A program made the translations under genes and the position numbers. Below are positions 24,614 through 35,565 of a stretch of DNA of 39,933 nt, piece after piece (position 1 is the first letter of the stretch; the number at the start of each line of letters is the position of its first letter). The notes beneath the pieces were generated by a model, which was not told the origin of the DNA, did no database searches, and worked only from the letters and a program-made list of their open reading frames with translations. Source of the DNA: Nemertoderma westbladi (Eukaryota > Animalia > Xenacoelomorpha); contig JAUCBJ010003080.1 of NCBI GenBank assembly GCA_032718475.1, positions 1 through 39,933 of the forward strand, given 5' to 3'.

Positions 24614-25609
24614 AGGTCATGCAGCGAGCGGATTGCTGAAATTAGCGTAGGCCTTTCCCTATTTATAGCCATTTTTTCATAATATTTCCTTAGAAACTTC
24701 TTATGTGCTACCGGTACTTTGGTTAGGTGGATATGATGACTACGTGGACTAGGATTCATAGCAATGTAATAAAATGTCTTTCTGGAATTTTTATCTTTTA
24801 GTTGCCAAGGTAACCGTGTGCAAAGTTCAAATTCAAGACGACAAGGGATTCTGTTCTTGAGATTTGGTATGTGCAGATGTGAGGAAAGGAAATAAGAGTC
24901 TATCAAAATATTTTACATTTTAATTTTTTTTCTATGCCGTTTCCATGGTGACGGGAATTACGATAATTTCCCATTATGACCGCCAGATATAAATTGGGCT
25001 ACTATTTACTACTTATATTATTTTCAACAAACATGCCTGGTGGCTGTCCTTCAGTCCTTTATTTCTAATAATTGCTAACCGAAATTTAATATTCCTGAAT
25101 GTCAAAATCATGCTATCACAGGTCTTTCTCTCTGATTGGACAGTTTAGTTTATTGGCAAATATTGACTTTTAGAAATATGATTCACAATTGACGAATTAT
25201 AAAATAAACTTATTTAAATTATTAAAATTAACTTATTATTTAGACTGACAAATTTTTCATTCTACTTATTTCCATGGCAACGGGAATGTAAACAAATTCA
25301 AATGTAAAATATTTTGATAGTCTTTTATTTACTTTAATCACCTACCAAATCTCAAGGAAAGACAAAGAATCCATTGTCGCCTTGAAATAGAGGCGCGCAA
25401 ATTTTGAACTTTGCACCCGGTTACCTTGGCAACTACAAGATAACAATTCCAGAAAGATATTTTATTACATTTCTATGAACCCTAGTCATCATATCCACCT
25501 CACAAAAGTAGTATAAAAGAAGTTTCTAAGGAAATATTATGAAAATAGTGCCCTAAATAGGGAAAGATCGGCCCACGCTAATTTCAGCAATACGCTCGCT
25601 GCATGATCT
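24614..25609. mobile_element. Foldback element with ~335-bp inverted arms, inserted at the 3' end of the pogo relic
   Basis: TCATGCAGCGAGCG.ATTGCTGAAATTAGCGT...GTTGCCAAGGTAACC...CCGTTTCCATGG (24617-24949) is mirrored by CCATGGCAACGG...GGTTACCTTGGCAAC...ACGCTAATTTCAGCAAT.CGCTCGCTGCATGA (25272-25606). Confidence 0.88.
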
Positions 25610-25691
25610 ACGAGACATATTTGCCGTTTTATACCATAACATAACTACAGTATTTTATTTATGTTATCAATATATTTTAAGGGAACAAGTG

Positions 25692-26035
25692 AAAACGTAC
25701 CCTGGTTAAAACGTACCCGAACAAAAATGTACCCGAATACTGGGTACGTTTTAACAATGATGCATTGGGTACGTTTTGGTAGTACAAAAATAAATAGCAA
25801 AAATAAACGGTAACCTGCTATTGACTCTCGTTTATTGTTTTGGTTAGATTAATTCGTCGCTGTAACCTGCTCCTCTCCCTTTAAATCCCCAGACCTAACG
25901 ATATTGATTGGTTGTAGGAAGTTTTGTTAGGATGACTATAATGTCTTGTGGGTCTCTAAGTTAAATAAAACGTACTGGAAATATTGGTACGTTATTGATT
26001 GGGTAAGTTTTAACCGAGGTACGTTTTGACCTGTA
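25692..26035. mobile_element. Probable right terminus of a pogo-type element, with AAAACGTACC repeats in both orientations, ending ...GTACGTTTTGACCTG-TA
   Basis: Motif copies at 25692, 25708, 25743(-), 25767(-) and 26018(-). A CAG/TA terminus is typical of the Tc1-mariner-pogo superfamily. Confidence 0.55.
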
Positions 26036-26394
26036 ACCTGTAATTGACCTGTAATTTTAGATAAATGCTATATTTACCGGTATAACCCATTTGGTTGATG
26101 TATTACACTTACAGTATTACTTATGATCTCAATAAAGAATAAACCAATACCAATACTTATAGAAATAAATAAAAACTTTCCATTTCCATAATTGTAGCCT
26201 GCCGTTTATTTTACAAAACAATGGCACAGATGGAATGCTGACAGGGACAGACTGATATCAGAACGACAAGTAGACAGTACGGTAGGCAGACCAGATAGGT
26301 TGGGTTAAACTGCTGAAGCCTGCAGCTGAAAGTGTTTAGGTTAATTGCTGAATTATTAAATGAAAATTAATACAGATAGCGGATTAATATAAAT

Positions 26395-29300
26395 ATGAAG
26401 GTTGCTTTTTTATCGCAGTGGAAAAATGGAAATAAGTCAGTTGTTAAAGCACTCCAGCTCAGGGAACAGGGGATGTGTATCAAACGTCAGAATATCCGCT
26501 TGGCCCAAATTGCTGAAGATAAATCAATGCATTGCAACTTTGATACAAAATCTGTGTCCCTAACAGGAAATGTTAGATCTTCCTTTTTAGTAACTTTCAA
26601 TTCGGACTGGACACTAATGGCGTCAACCCACGGTGACCACAACATTCATATAACGAATATCGATTCTGGCAAAGAAATAAAAACCTTAAGCGGTCACCCA
26701 CGGACGCCTTGGACGGTAACATTCCACCCCACGCAGAAAGACATCCTCGCAAGCGGGTGTTTGGGTGGTGAGGTTCGAGTTTGGGATTTGGATGGTGGTA
26801 GTGAAGTGTGGACTTACAATCAGTTTATAGTCATATCGTCTGTGTCATTCCACCCTTCTAAACAGCTTCTAGCCATCGCAACGTCCAACGAGATATTTCT
26901 ATGGGATTGGAGTCAATCAGTCCCACAAATCAGCATGAAAACCGACTCAGTGGCTGAAAAAGTGCGCGTAGTGCGGTTTGATGCGACAGGACGTTACCTA
27001 TACACCGCCATTACTAATCCGATGTCGCCAGGATCCGGCGAAACGTCTACAGCTCGCGGGGTATCTTTCCACTTCAGTCGTCCCACGGTTTACTCCCGCT
27101 CTTTTGCCCCCTTTGGCTCTGATTCCTCAGCGGAAGTAGGTCATCCTTCTCCACTCATAAGAAAAAGAAACACACAGAGTTCTCTTCCTGGGAATTTGCG
27201 CAGGAGATTGAGCGGCTTGATCTCACAGGTGGAAAAACTCAAACAGGAAGCGACAATTCAACGTCGTACATTGTTCAATCTGATGTCCGGTAGAAACCGG
27301 CGTTCCTCTGTAACCCCATCCGAGTCGGTGAAACAGGCTGGATCCTCGACTTCCGTCGATCAGGTTTCTCGCGAGCCTGGTACCTCAACGTCCTCATTTC
27401 GTTCTCTATTTGAAGAAATTCGCTCCCGCATTAACCTGTGCAAAGAAATTCGTAATAAAGTTACTACTAGCGAGACTTCTAGTGGCATATCTAATGGGTA
27501 CAGTCAGCTGCATGATGCCTATTCAGCATTAATGTCGGGCTTAGAGCGGTTAATGTCTCAGATTTCTGATGTGCAGGGCGATGTGCACCTGGGCCGTAGC
27601 GCAGAGAGTAACGTCTCTACTGTTAGTGGTGCTAGCACCTCAGATAACAGGAAGTTAAACTTAAAACTCAGAAAACTTACACCGGTGAAGAAATCAGAGT
27701 CCACAAATATGTCAGTCTCAATGTCCATGATAGACCGTGGAAAAGGTACGCGAATCGAAGATGCAAACAAGCCACTTAGATTGGGTGTCCAGCATTCTTC
27801 TACTTCGATAGGGTTTGAGCCTAGCGAACCTCCCTCTCAAATTGATAGTAGTAATAGTAAGCAGATTGATGATAATCGTAGTAAAATCAAAATAGAAGCT
27901 AAGTGTACCGAACAAGAAGAGTCATCAAGCTCTGAAAGATCCACCAAATCGCAATTAGTAAAAGAGTTAATGAAGAGTCTGGATAGCCTAGAGAGTACTC
28001 TCGATAACTACAGCCTAGAGAATAGCGGTACTCTCGATAACTACATTGCTAAGGTGGAAGGCAAATATGGAGCTGAATCAAACGATACTTCGTCGGAGAG
28101 ATCACGTACTGGATCGTCCAAACTCGTGAGAAAGAGGTCTACGTGTGGCTCATTTGGATCCGGTAATGGGTCATCTAGATCCGGTGGTGGGCCATCTGGA
28201 TCCGGTGTTGGGTCGTCTGGATCCGGTGGTGGACCATCTGGATTCGGTGTTGGGTCATCTGGATCCGGTGGTGGGCCATCTGGATCTACTGGAGGTGAAT
28301 CTGGATCTGCTGATGGCTCGCCTGGATTTGGTGGTGGGTTATCTGGATCCGGTGTGAAATCACCTGGATCCCCCATGTGCCACTCAGGCAATCGGTTTGG
28401 TGCGGGAGTCGGTCGTGTAACTCGTCAAATGTTACGGTCTTTGTTTGATGGCAGTGCGTCTTGTCCTTCTAGGTTAGACGCCCCTACATCTACGTCTTTA
28501 CAGTCTAGAAAACGTAAAAATGCTTCTCCAGATAAAGTTAGTAGCAATGACGCTTCTATTGGAAGGGCTATCTCGCGGAGGTCTGCTAGCCTCAAACAGG
28601 CGAGATTTACAAATGTCGACGACGTTGCAATTAGTAAATCGAAGGATGTTAATGTTTGTAAGGCTAGTAAAGGGTCGAGTGCAAAAGTGTTGGCAAACAA
28701 AGGAGGAAATTATATGGCAGCTGCTAATGGGGCGTCTTCCACTTGTAGTCTAAATATATCCTCCAATGTGGGCAACTTCGTTAAAGAAAGTTTCCCTGAC
28801 ATTGATAAAGACAAACCCTCTTCAGGAGAAGCTAATCAATTTGGGTTGAAGAGAAGGAAGGTTTCCGCTCTAGCAAATGATAGAGCTATAAGAAGTAATT
28901 GTAAAGGAAGTTCATCCAACGAGAGAGCTCAGAAAAGGGGCGGTAAGGCAAGTTCATCCAATGGGAGACCTGGGAAAAGGGGCGGTAAGGCAAGTTCATC
29001 CAATGGGAGACCTAGGAAAAGGGGCGGTAAGGAAGGTCCACCCAATGAGAGAGCTAGAGGGAGAGTTGTTAAGTCAACTCTATCCGACTTGGGAATGGAT
29101 GGAAAGAATAGCACAATACACAAGTTATTGCGACGCCCTGTGGTTGTTATACAGCCGGATATTGGTGGGCGGAAACGGAAAGTTAGCCAGCCATTGAAAT
29201 CGGAAACCCCATCCGCAGCTTCTCAAACTCCAGCTGAAACTCCCCAAAGGGATTGGGTATTTTTTAGCAACGGTTTTGTGGATAGAACCATTCTCGGAGG

Positions 29301-30825
29301 ATCCAATCCATCTCCCATTCAGACTACGTCCAATGGTAATGAGTCAACATTTCAACCAATTGGCTCAAACGGCCCCCGCGTTGCGTCTACGTCTACGCCC
29401 GTTGGTGGAATCTCTGAAGAAGGGGGTGATCCTGTGCAGACTCCCATCTACTCCCATGCAGGCCCGTCTCAGGCAAGTACTACATCGCAGACATCTGACT
29501 CCGTAGCAGGGCGGGGCTGGACCGTTCATTTACAGATGCAGGACGATCAGCCGCCCCGAATAGGCAGGTCGTTGGTAGCCCGATACAGGATGCGGACACG
29601 ACATCGTTCCAGCAGCCCACCCCGCCCGCCACCCGCCACAACCCCAGCTCCTCCACCCGTATCTTCCGAACCCCCGGCGCCGCCACCAGCGCCGTCCCAA
29701 GTGCGAACCCGCATCCGTTTACGGATGGAGGACGATGAATCGCCGGAATCGCCCCCCGATCTCACCGTAACCGTCCGGGTCTTGCACGACCCCGGGAGCG
29801 ACGCGGCCTCCCCCGAACCAACCCCTGCCCCGGTTCCCCCGCTGTTCCCCCGGCGATCTCGCCTCCTCCGGCCCCCCATGTGGATCTCAACCGAGCGTCG
29901 ACCCCCACCACGAGGGGCCCCCCCTCCCGCCGGGGCCGGCAGCCCCCCGTCGCCCCCCAGCGGGCTGGCCCCCTCCGGCGTGTGGTTAGACCCGCCGCTG
30001 ATCCCGTCATCTCGCGTCTCCTTCGGTCGACCGCACGCCACACCCGAAGAAACCACGTCCCTCCAAACCGCTATAAACCGCGCCATCGCCGGCGCATTCG
30101 CCAACGTTCTAGAGAACGCCAGTGGCAACGGGAGCGGCGGACTGCACAACCAGACATGTCGCATTCAGTGTTGGGACATAGATTCGATGCCGAGCATCTC
30201 CGACCCGGACGCCAACGTCCTCGTCCCACATTGTAAGATCCTAAACGACTCGAGTATCGATATATCTTCGGACGGCCGGTTATTAGCGACATTCATTCCG
30301 TTCTACGGCTCCTACCCTTCCTACCACTCACCCTCAGCTGTTGGGATATTCTCTTTGGAGTCCGCAACTAAAGGGAGATTGCTTCACACTAAACCGGTGG
30401 GCCCAGCGGCAGTCAGTCTCTCCATATCGCCCCGGAGTCGTTACATCCTACTCGGACTCGGCTCCAACCGACTGAACTGGCATTTCGGTTCGTCCAGACA
30501 GGCGATCGCCGAGATCCTGCAGTTGGTATCGCAACCGGGGTCGTCCGAGGCCGCGCTGCTGCAACACGTTGCCTCGGTGAACCACGATAACGCGACGGTG
30601 TCCCGTAGGTCCACGTTCGTGAGCGTGAACGCGGCCAAGTGGCTGCCACAGACCGCCGTCGGGTTCGTTTACGGCACGAGTCGAGGCGATCTGCATATGT
30701 GTCGCGCCGCAACCCCCAAAGTTGTTCCTGTTCCTTCAGTGTTCCTCACGGATATATTCAGTTCCCGGGGTGGTCGTGACTCATCCTTGTCGCAGTCGGC
30801 CTCGACTCAAACTGATTTATTGTGA
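26395..30825 (+). CDS. AMBRA1: AMBRA1-like (DCAF3) split-WD40 CRL4-DDB1 substrate receptor and autophagy regulator; CDS without introns
   Basis: The N-terminus (MKV...VVKALQLREQG...RSSFLVTF..D.TLMASTHGDHNI...GHPRTPWTVTFHP...ASGCLGGEVRVWDLDGGSE...EKVRVVRFD..GRYL.TAI.NP) parallels human AMBRA1. So does the C-terminus (T.RIQCWD...NVLVPHCKILNDSSIDISSDGRLLA...SPRSRY...VSVNAAKWLP...YGTSRGDL). A long disordered linker separates them, and a TQT motif lies at the C-terminus. Confidence 0.95.
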   Translation: MKVAFLSQWKNGNKSVVKALQLREQGMCIKRQNIRLAQIAEDKSMHCNFDTKSVSLTGNVRSSFLVTFNSDWTLMASTHGDHNIHITNIDSGKEIKTLSGHPRTPWTVTFHPTQKDILASGCLGGEVRVWDLDGGSEVWTYNQFIVISSVSFHPSKQLLAIATSNEIFLWDWSQSVPQISMKTDSVAEKVRVVRFDATGRYLYTAITNPMSPGSGETSTARGVSFHFSRPTVYSRSFAPFGSDSSAEVGHPSPLIRKRNTQSSLPGNLRRRLSGLISQVEKLKQEATIQRRTLFNLMSGRNRRSSVTPSESVKQAGSSTSVDQVSREPGTSTSSFRSLFEEIRSRINLCKEIRNKVTTSETSSGISNGYSQLHDAYSALMSGLERLMSQISDVQGDVHLGRSAESNVSTVSGASTSDNRKLNLKLRKLTPVKKSESTNMSVSMSMIDRGKGTRIEDANKPLRLGVQHSSTSIGFEPSEPPSQIDSSNSKQIDDNRSKIKIEAKCTEQEESSSSERSTKSQLVKELMKSLDSLESTLDNYSLENSGTLDNYIAKVEGKYGAESNDTSSERSRTGSSKLVRKRSTCGSFGSGNGSSRSGGGPSGSGVGSSGSGGGPSGFGVGSSGSGGGPSGSTGGESGSADGSPGFGGGLSGSGVKSPGSPMCHSGNRFGAGVGRVTRQMLRSLFDGSASCPSRLDAPTSTSLQSRKRKNASPDKVSSNDASIGRAISRRSASLKQARFTNVDDVAISKSKDVNVCKASKGSSAKVLANKGGNYMAAANGASSTCSLNISSNVGNFVKESFPDIDKDKPSSGEANQFGLKRRKVSALANDRAIRSNCKGSSSNERAQKRGGKASSSNGRPGKRGGKASSSNGRPRKRGGKEGPPNERARGRVVKSTLSDLGMDGKNSTIHKLLRRPVVVIQPDIGGRKRKVSQPLKSETPSAASQTPAETPQRDWVFFSNGFVDRTILGGSNPSPIQTTSNGNESTFQPIGSNGPRVASTSTPVGGISEEGGDPVQTPIYSHAGPSQASTTSQTSDSVAGRGWTVHLQMQDDQPPRIGRSLVARYRMRTRHRSSSPPRPPPATTPAPPPVSSEPPAPPPAPSQVRTRIRLRMEDDESPESPPDLTVTVRVLHDPGSDAASPEPTPAPVPPLFPRRSRLLRPPMWISTERRPPPRGAPPPAGAGSPPSPPSGLAPSGVWLDPPLIPSSRVSFGRPHATPEETTSLQTAINRAIAGAFANVLENASGNGSGGLHNQTCRIQCWDIDSMPSISDPDANVLVPHCKILNDSSIDISSDGRLLATFIPFYGSYPSYHSPSAVGIFSLESATKGRLLHTKPVGPAAVSLSISPRSRYILLGLGSNRLNWHFGSSRQAIAEILQLVSQPGSSEAALLQHVASVNHDNATVSRRSTFVSVNAAKWLPQTAVGFVYGTSRGDLHMCRAATPKVVPVPSVFLTDIFSSRGGRDSSLSQSASTQTDLL
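28155..28372 (+). repeat. In-frame 21-bp tandem repeat (Gly/Ser heptads) inside AMBRA1
   Basis: TCTGGATCCGGTGGTGGGCCA-type units, ~10 copies, encoding SGSGGGP/SGSGVGS. Confidence 0.9.
28905..29052 (+). repeat. In-frame 42-bp repeat (SSSNGRPGKRGGKA, ~3.5 copies) inside AMBRA1
   Basis: AAGGGGCGGTAAGGCAAGTTCATCCAATGGGAGACCT is repeated. Confidence 0.85.
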
Positions 30826-31014
30826 AAATTAATGAGTGTTTTTCGATAATTTCTTTGATTTAATTACAAATAAATATGATTTCTTTAATATTCTGTTACG
30901 ACAAAGTGTCGTCGTTAGTGTTTGTATCATTAGTTTCTTCCTCGACTAACATGGAGGGGGGGGGGGGGGGGGGGGGATGATTATAATGTCCATCATACAT
31001 TCTTCCCTTCCGTT

Positions 31015-31070
31015 GCATTGAATTCAGATCTCCCAGGAGGTCGTGGGTTCGATCCCCGCAGGGGGTCCAG
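31015..31070 (+). other. tRNA-like 3' half, probably a SINE head remnant
   Basis: GGAGGTCGTGGGTTCGATCCCCGCAGGGGG contains a B-box/T-arm, but no A-box/D-arm or acceptor stem was found. Confidence 0.4.
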
Positions 31071-31607
31071 GGCAGTTCGGCACGAATGCTTTAAAGGGAC
31101 TAGCCATGTGTACTGTAGTTTCCTCGGAAATTATAATTATATCGACTTACGTCTTAAAATTTATCATCTATTTAATTAATTAATTAAATATAATTTAATA
31201 ATTTTAAATAATTAATTATATATATTTATATTTTTCGAGGTGAATAATAATTTTGGTGAAATTTTAGACTGAAGACTGTTCTATCGATATTTGTAATATA
31301 TTCAAAAACTAAAAAAAAACCCGTACAGCAAATGTGGCAATGCCTACCATATTGACCAATTTCCCGTTCGTGATTTTAAGATTTGTCGAATTTTGAAATA
31401 AACTTAGAAAGAGCGATAATTTCTGCATATTGTGAAACCAGAAAATTCCCCAATATTTATTTGCCGTTATCAGAGAAACATTCAGAAAAGCAATAATTTA
31501 GAATAAATTTTTGTCACGTATTGGAAATTTATAAAAAGTTCGTACTTTTTGTCCATATTCCTGAAAATTGGAAATTATCAGTCGTCAGTATCAGTTTTTT
31601 TTGCTTA

Positions 31608-31692
31608 ATGGTGGTAGTGAGGTGTCCGATGGTGGTAGTGAGGTGTCCGATGGTGGTAGTGAGGTGTCCGATGGATGTAGTGAGGTTTCCGA
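31608..31692. repeat. 21-bp tandem repeat x4
   Basis: ATGGTGGTAGTGAGGTGTCCG. Confidence 0.92.
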
Positions 31693-32617
31693 CAAGCGAC
31701 ATCAGATCTAAGTAGAAAGTTGCATAGTTAGAAAAAAATTTAAAATTCAGTCACTGATAGAGATTTTTAATCCAGTGACAACATAGTTAGTTAGTAATTT
31801 TAATATTTAGTTAGTAACAATAATATTTTTAAATTTGAAACACAAATATCAACACGAATATCAATGGGTGAGTGAGGGAGACTTGACTTACGGGAGACTT
31901 GATTTTTTTTTAATAACTCAAAAACTATTGTAAATTATTTAACAATACCACACAAAAATGTGTATAAAACATGTTGGCTACACCCGCGCAACAATGTTTT
32001 ATTACCTTTTGGTTATTTTTTGTTCTATTTTCAATAAACGTTTTCTGGGTTCAAAAGTATATTTTTGCCTCGCATCCTTCTTTTACTGTATGTTAATTGT
32101 AATTACCCACATGTGTTGACTAATTATTGCACTATCCTGCGATATATTGTTTTCCAGTTTTGGTTCAGCCGTTTTGAAATTATATCAATTAATATATAAA
32201 AAGCCCATGTGGGGGGACTTGACGCCCGAGTGTGAGGGAGACTTGAAGCCTCCAATGCTAACGTCTACCTAGAGATACACCAACGCGTAGATAACGTTTT
32301 CATAGCGTTTTCATTTGCTGCAATGTGGTCAATGGACGTAATTGAAGCATCCTCGTTAAGTAAGATACAAAATTTTATGTTAGCTAGTGTTTTAGGTAGG
32401 TTTAGCTAGTAATTTCGACACTGGTTCCGATATCCTACTTCCCTCTATAAATATTTTGTAGTAGCTACTGTAGTTCTTCTTACTTTTTGTATAGAAAATG
32501 TTCCAGAAGGTGCTAGCTATTCATTTTAAAAAAAAAATATGTTCTAGAACAAATATTTTTTGTTCTAGAACATTTTTTAGAAAAAAATCTGGATTGTATT
32601 TAAAACGAATGGAATCG

Positions 32618-32733
32618 TTCTAAAACGTGTTTAAAATCAATAAAAAATTCAAAATTTTTTTATTTCAGAAAATTTTTTTCACAATATTTTTTTTTTCAAA
32701 ATTTTTTTTATTGATTTTAAACACGTTTTAGAA
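32618..32733. repeat. Perfect 30-bp inverted repeat (hairpin)
   Basis: TTCTAAAACGTGTTTAAAATCAATAAAAAA (32618-32647) and TTTTTTATTGATTTTAAACACGTTTTAGAA (32704-32733). Confidence 0.85.
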
Positions 32734-32749
32734 TGCGTTTTAAATAGAA

Positions 32750-33605
32750 AAAAAATCCCGCATCTGTAACCTGCCCCTTTCCCTCAATTAATTAAATGGT
32801 CGTTTATTGTTTTGGTTAGGAAATCCCGCCTCTGTAACCTGCTCCTTTCTCTCAATTGGTAATGTTATCGTTTATTGTTTTGGTTGGAAAATCCCGTCTC
32901 TGTAACCTGCCCCTTTCCCTGATTTGGTAAAGTGACTGTTTATTGTTTTGGTTAGAAAATCCCGCATCTGTAACCTGCTCCTTTCTCTCAATTGGTAAAT
33001 GTTATCGTTTATTGTTTTGGTTAGAAAATCCCGTCTCTGTAACCTGCTCCTTTCCCTCAATTAGTTAAATGATCGTTTATTGTTTTGGTTAGAAAATCCC
33101 GCCTCTGTAACCTGCTCCTTTTCCTGATTTGGTAAAGTGACTGTTTATTGTTTTGGTTAGAAAATCCGGCCTTAACCTGCTCCTTTCCATCAATTGGTAA
33201 TTGTTTTTGGCTATAAAATGAGTGTTTTGCTACGTCATGTGGTAATCGATTATCGACAACAACCACAAACTATTAAATTTAGAGTCTTTTACCACAGGCG
33301 CATATGGAATTCTATCTCATAGTCTATAAATCATGGAATCATGGAATGTTTTGGCACAGGCATAGTGAAACCAACTGTCCGACAGACCAGAAATCAACAA
33401 ATTTTGAATGTTTTGGCATAGGCATGTTGAAATCAACTGTCTGACAGTCCAGAAATCATCAGTCTGACAGTTTGAAGAAATACATACATAAAAAGTCATT
33501 AAAAGGACAATAAAAGTCATTAAAAGGACAACAAAAGTCATTATTCACAATTCGTAAAAAAAGGTGGACAAAAAAAGTCAAATAAAAGGACATAAAATCA
33601 CTGCC
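32750..33605. mobile_element. Interspersed repeat, copy 2 (same family and orientation as 20786-21805)
   Basis: ~6-7 units of the 68-bp repeat, followed by the shared unique segment (GGCTATAAAATGAGTGTTTTGC...CAGGCGCATATGGAA...ATCACTGCC). Confidence 0.88.
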
Positions 33606-33642
33606 TTTCCGTAGGCCAATCATATCAGACCATTATTATGCC

Positions 33643-34789
33643 ACAAGTCCCTAAAAGGTGCCACCCTGCTCCATAGCGCGGGAAATTCAATTGATTGAAA
33701 GACATGTTATTTGTACTGGAAAGGGTGGCAGATCAGATCTGCCACCTATATATTGGCGGTAAATTCAAATCTGTTTTAACATTGAATACATGAATAGAGT
33801 AAGACCAATCTGCCAATGTAATTCATTGAATCAGAATAAATTATTTATTATCGGTTTAACTCACTCATCCGTTAACGTTGTTGATTTATCTATTCTGGGA
33901 CTTCGAGCAGCACGTGAACAACTAAACCAGCACGCTAACTACCGGTAGTCTGGGGCTTCGAGCACCACGTGAAACAACTAAACTGGCTGGTTACCTAGTC
34001 TGGGACTTTGAGCAGCACGTGAACAACTAAACCAGCACGTTAACTTGTCTGGGGCTTCGAGCAGCACGTGAACAACTAAACTGGCTGGTTACCTAGTCTG
34101 GGACTCCGAGCAGCACGTGAACAACTAAACCTGCACGTTAACTAGTCTGTTACTTCGAGCAGCACGTGTACAACTATGCTGCCTGGTAAACAAGTCTGGG
34201 ACTTCGAGCAGCACGTAAACAAACTAAGCTATGACTGGTTAACTAGTCTGGTACATGTCTGGGACAGATATAGCAGTATAGGCAGAAGCATTATACACCT
34301 ATTGTTATTACAGTTAGGGCCTACCTGCGATATATTTTACTATCAGTTCCCTGCTATATTGTTATAATTATAATGTTCTGATGTAATTATAACTGATACA
34401 AGCAAATAATAAATGTTCTTTACATTCTACTGATAGAAGTTAAGCCAAATCCCCTGATCCCCCCTCCTCAATTTGCAATTTTGCTCGAAGTCCCAGACTA
34501 GTTAACCAGTCAGCTTATTGTTCACGTGCTGCTCGAAGTCCCAGAATAGATAAAACAACAACAATAACGGATGAGTGAGTTAAACCGATAATAAATAATT
34601 TATTCTGATTCAATGAATTACATTTAGTCTTACTCTATTCATGTATTCAATGTTAAAACAGATTTGAATTTACCGCCAAAATATAGGTAGCAGATCTGAT
34701 CTGCCACCCTTTCCAGTACAAATTACATGTCTTTCAATCATTTGAATTTCCCGTGCTATGGAGCAGGGTGGCACCTTTTAGGGACTTGT
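33643..34789. mobile_element. Foldback/Mutator-like non-autonomous element with ~280-bp TIRs, an internal 49-bp tandem array and a 10-bp TSD
   Basis: Termini ACAAGTCCCTAAAAGGTGCCACCCTGCTCCATAGC... and ...GCTATGGAGCAGGGTGGCACCTTTTAGGGACTTGT. TSD TTATTATGCC at 33633-33642 and 34790-34799. Seven copies of CTGGGACTTCGAGCAGCACGTGAACAACTA at 33895-34230, with inverted copies at 34484-34544. Confidence 0.9.
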
Positions 34790-35565
34790 TTATTATGCCT
34801 ACCACCGGTACTATATTATTTCCGTAGGCCTACACCAAACAATGATAGGCTGATAGGCCTACAGCAAGGGCAACAGCAACTCTGCTACAGTACTGCAGTA
34901 GTAGAGTTGTCCTTGGCCAACAGCTGTAGGTACAGAGCTAGGTATTGCAGTATTGTCCAAAATACCACAACTGCAGAACTCAGAACTGTAGAGTACAGAC
35001 CAAGGACTACAGGTAGTCCTTCTGGTACAAACATCAGAACATAACCAGATAAGAGATAACGTATGATTTAGGAGTACGGCAACGGTACCCATAAAGCTTT
35101 GAGGCATATTTCCAAGGCAACAAGGGCAAATGGAGAATGGAGTCCTTTATACTGTTACCGGTACCGTATATCGATGTTGCAATGGGCAGATGGGGGTGAT
35201 GTGCTAGCTAGCTGGCTATGGGCTGGGCTAGCTAGATAGATTCAATCTGTTTTCAAGCTTCGTCAGTTCGTCCTTCCCCTTCGTGGATCTCGCTCTGTAG
35301 CTTCTAACTAGCTTAAGAAAGAACGCCGTCTGGCATTGGCAGTGTGTCCGGAGGTCAAGTGAGCCTAGCTAGTTTCGCGGAAATGTGAACGCCTGAACTG
35401 GTTTAGCAAGACTTTTGGGTACCTTGGAGTTTGGAGAGTCCTGGCAGCCAGAGTTGTAGTGGTCTGGAGGTATGCTAGTTAAGTTACTAACAGAACAGTA
35501 ACCCCTAATTTAAAATATATATTATTGTATTAAATTTTAAACTGTCAACAAATGACAATAATATA

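Noticed and set aside
27558-30712. Overlapping antisense and alternative-frame ORFs within AMBRA1
   Set aside because: They are shadows of GC-rich, repetitive coding sequence and have no recognisable domains.
30826-30980. Poly(A) tail or TSD proving AMBRA1 retroposition
   Set aside because: An AATAAA is present at ~30869, but no genomic poly(A) tract or flanking duplication is visible, so a retrogene origin remains unproven.
31875-32250. GGGAGACTTGA motif pairs as a transposon terminus
   Set aside because: Four direct copies are visible, but I could not find an inverted partner or TSD, so no element can be delimited.
33895-34230. CRISPR-like repeat-spacer array
   Set aside because: The linkers are short and recur in alternation rather than being unique spacers. 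The array lies inside a TIR element in eukaryotic DNA, with no cas genes.
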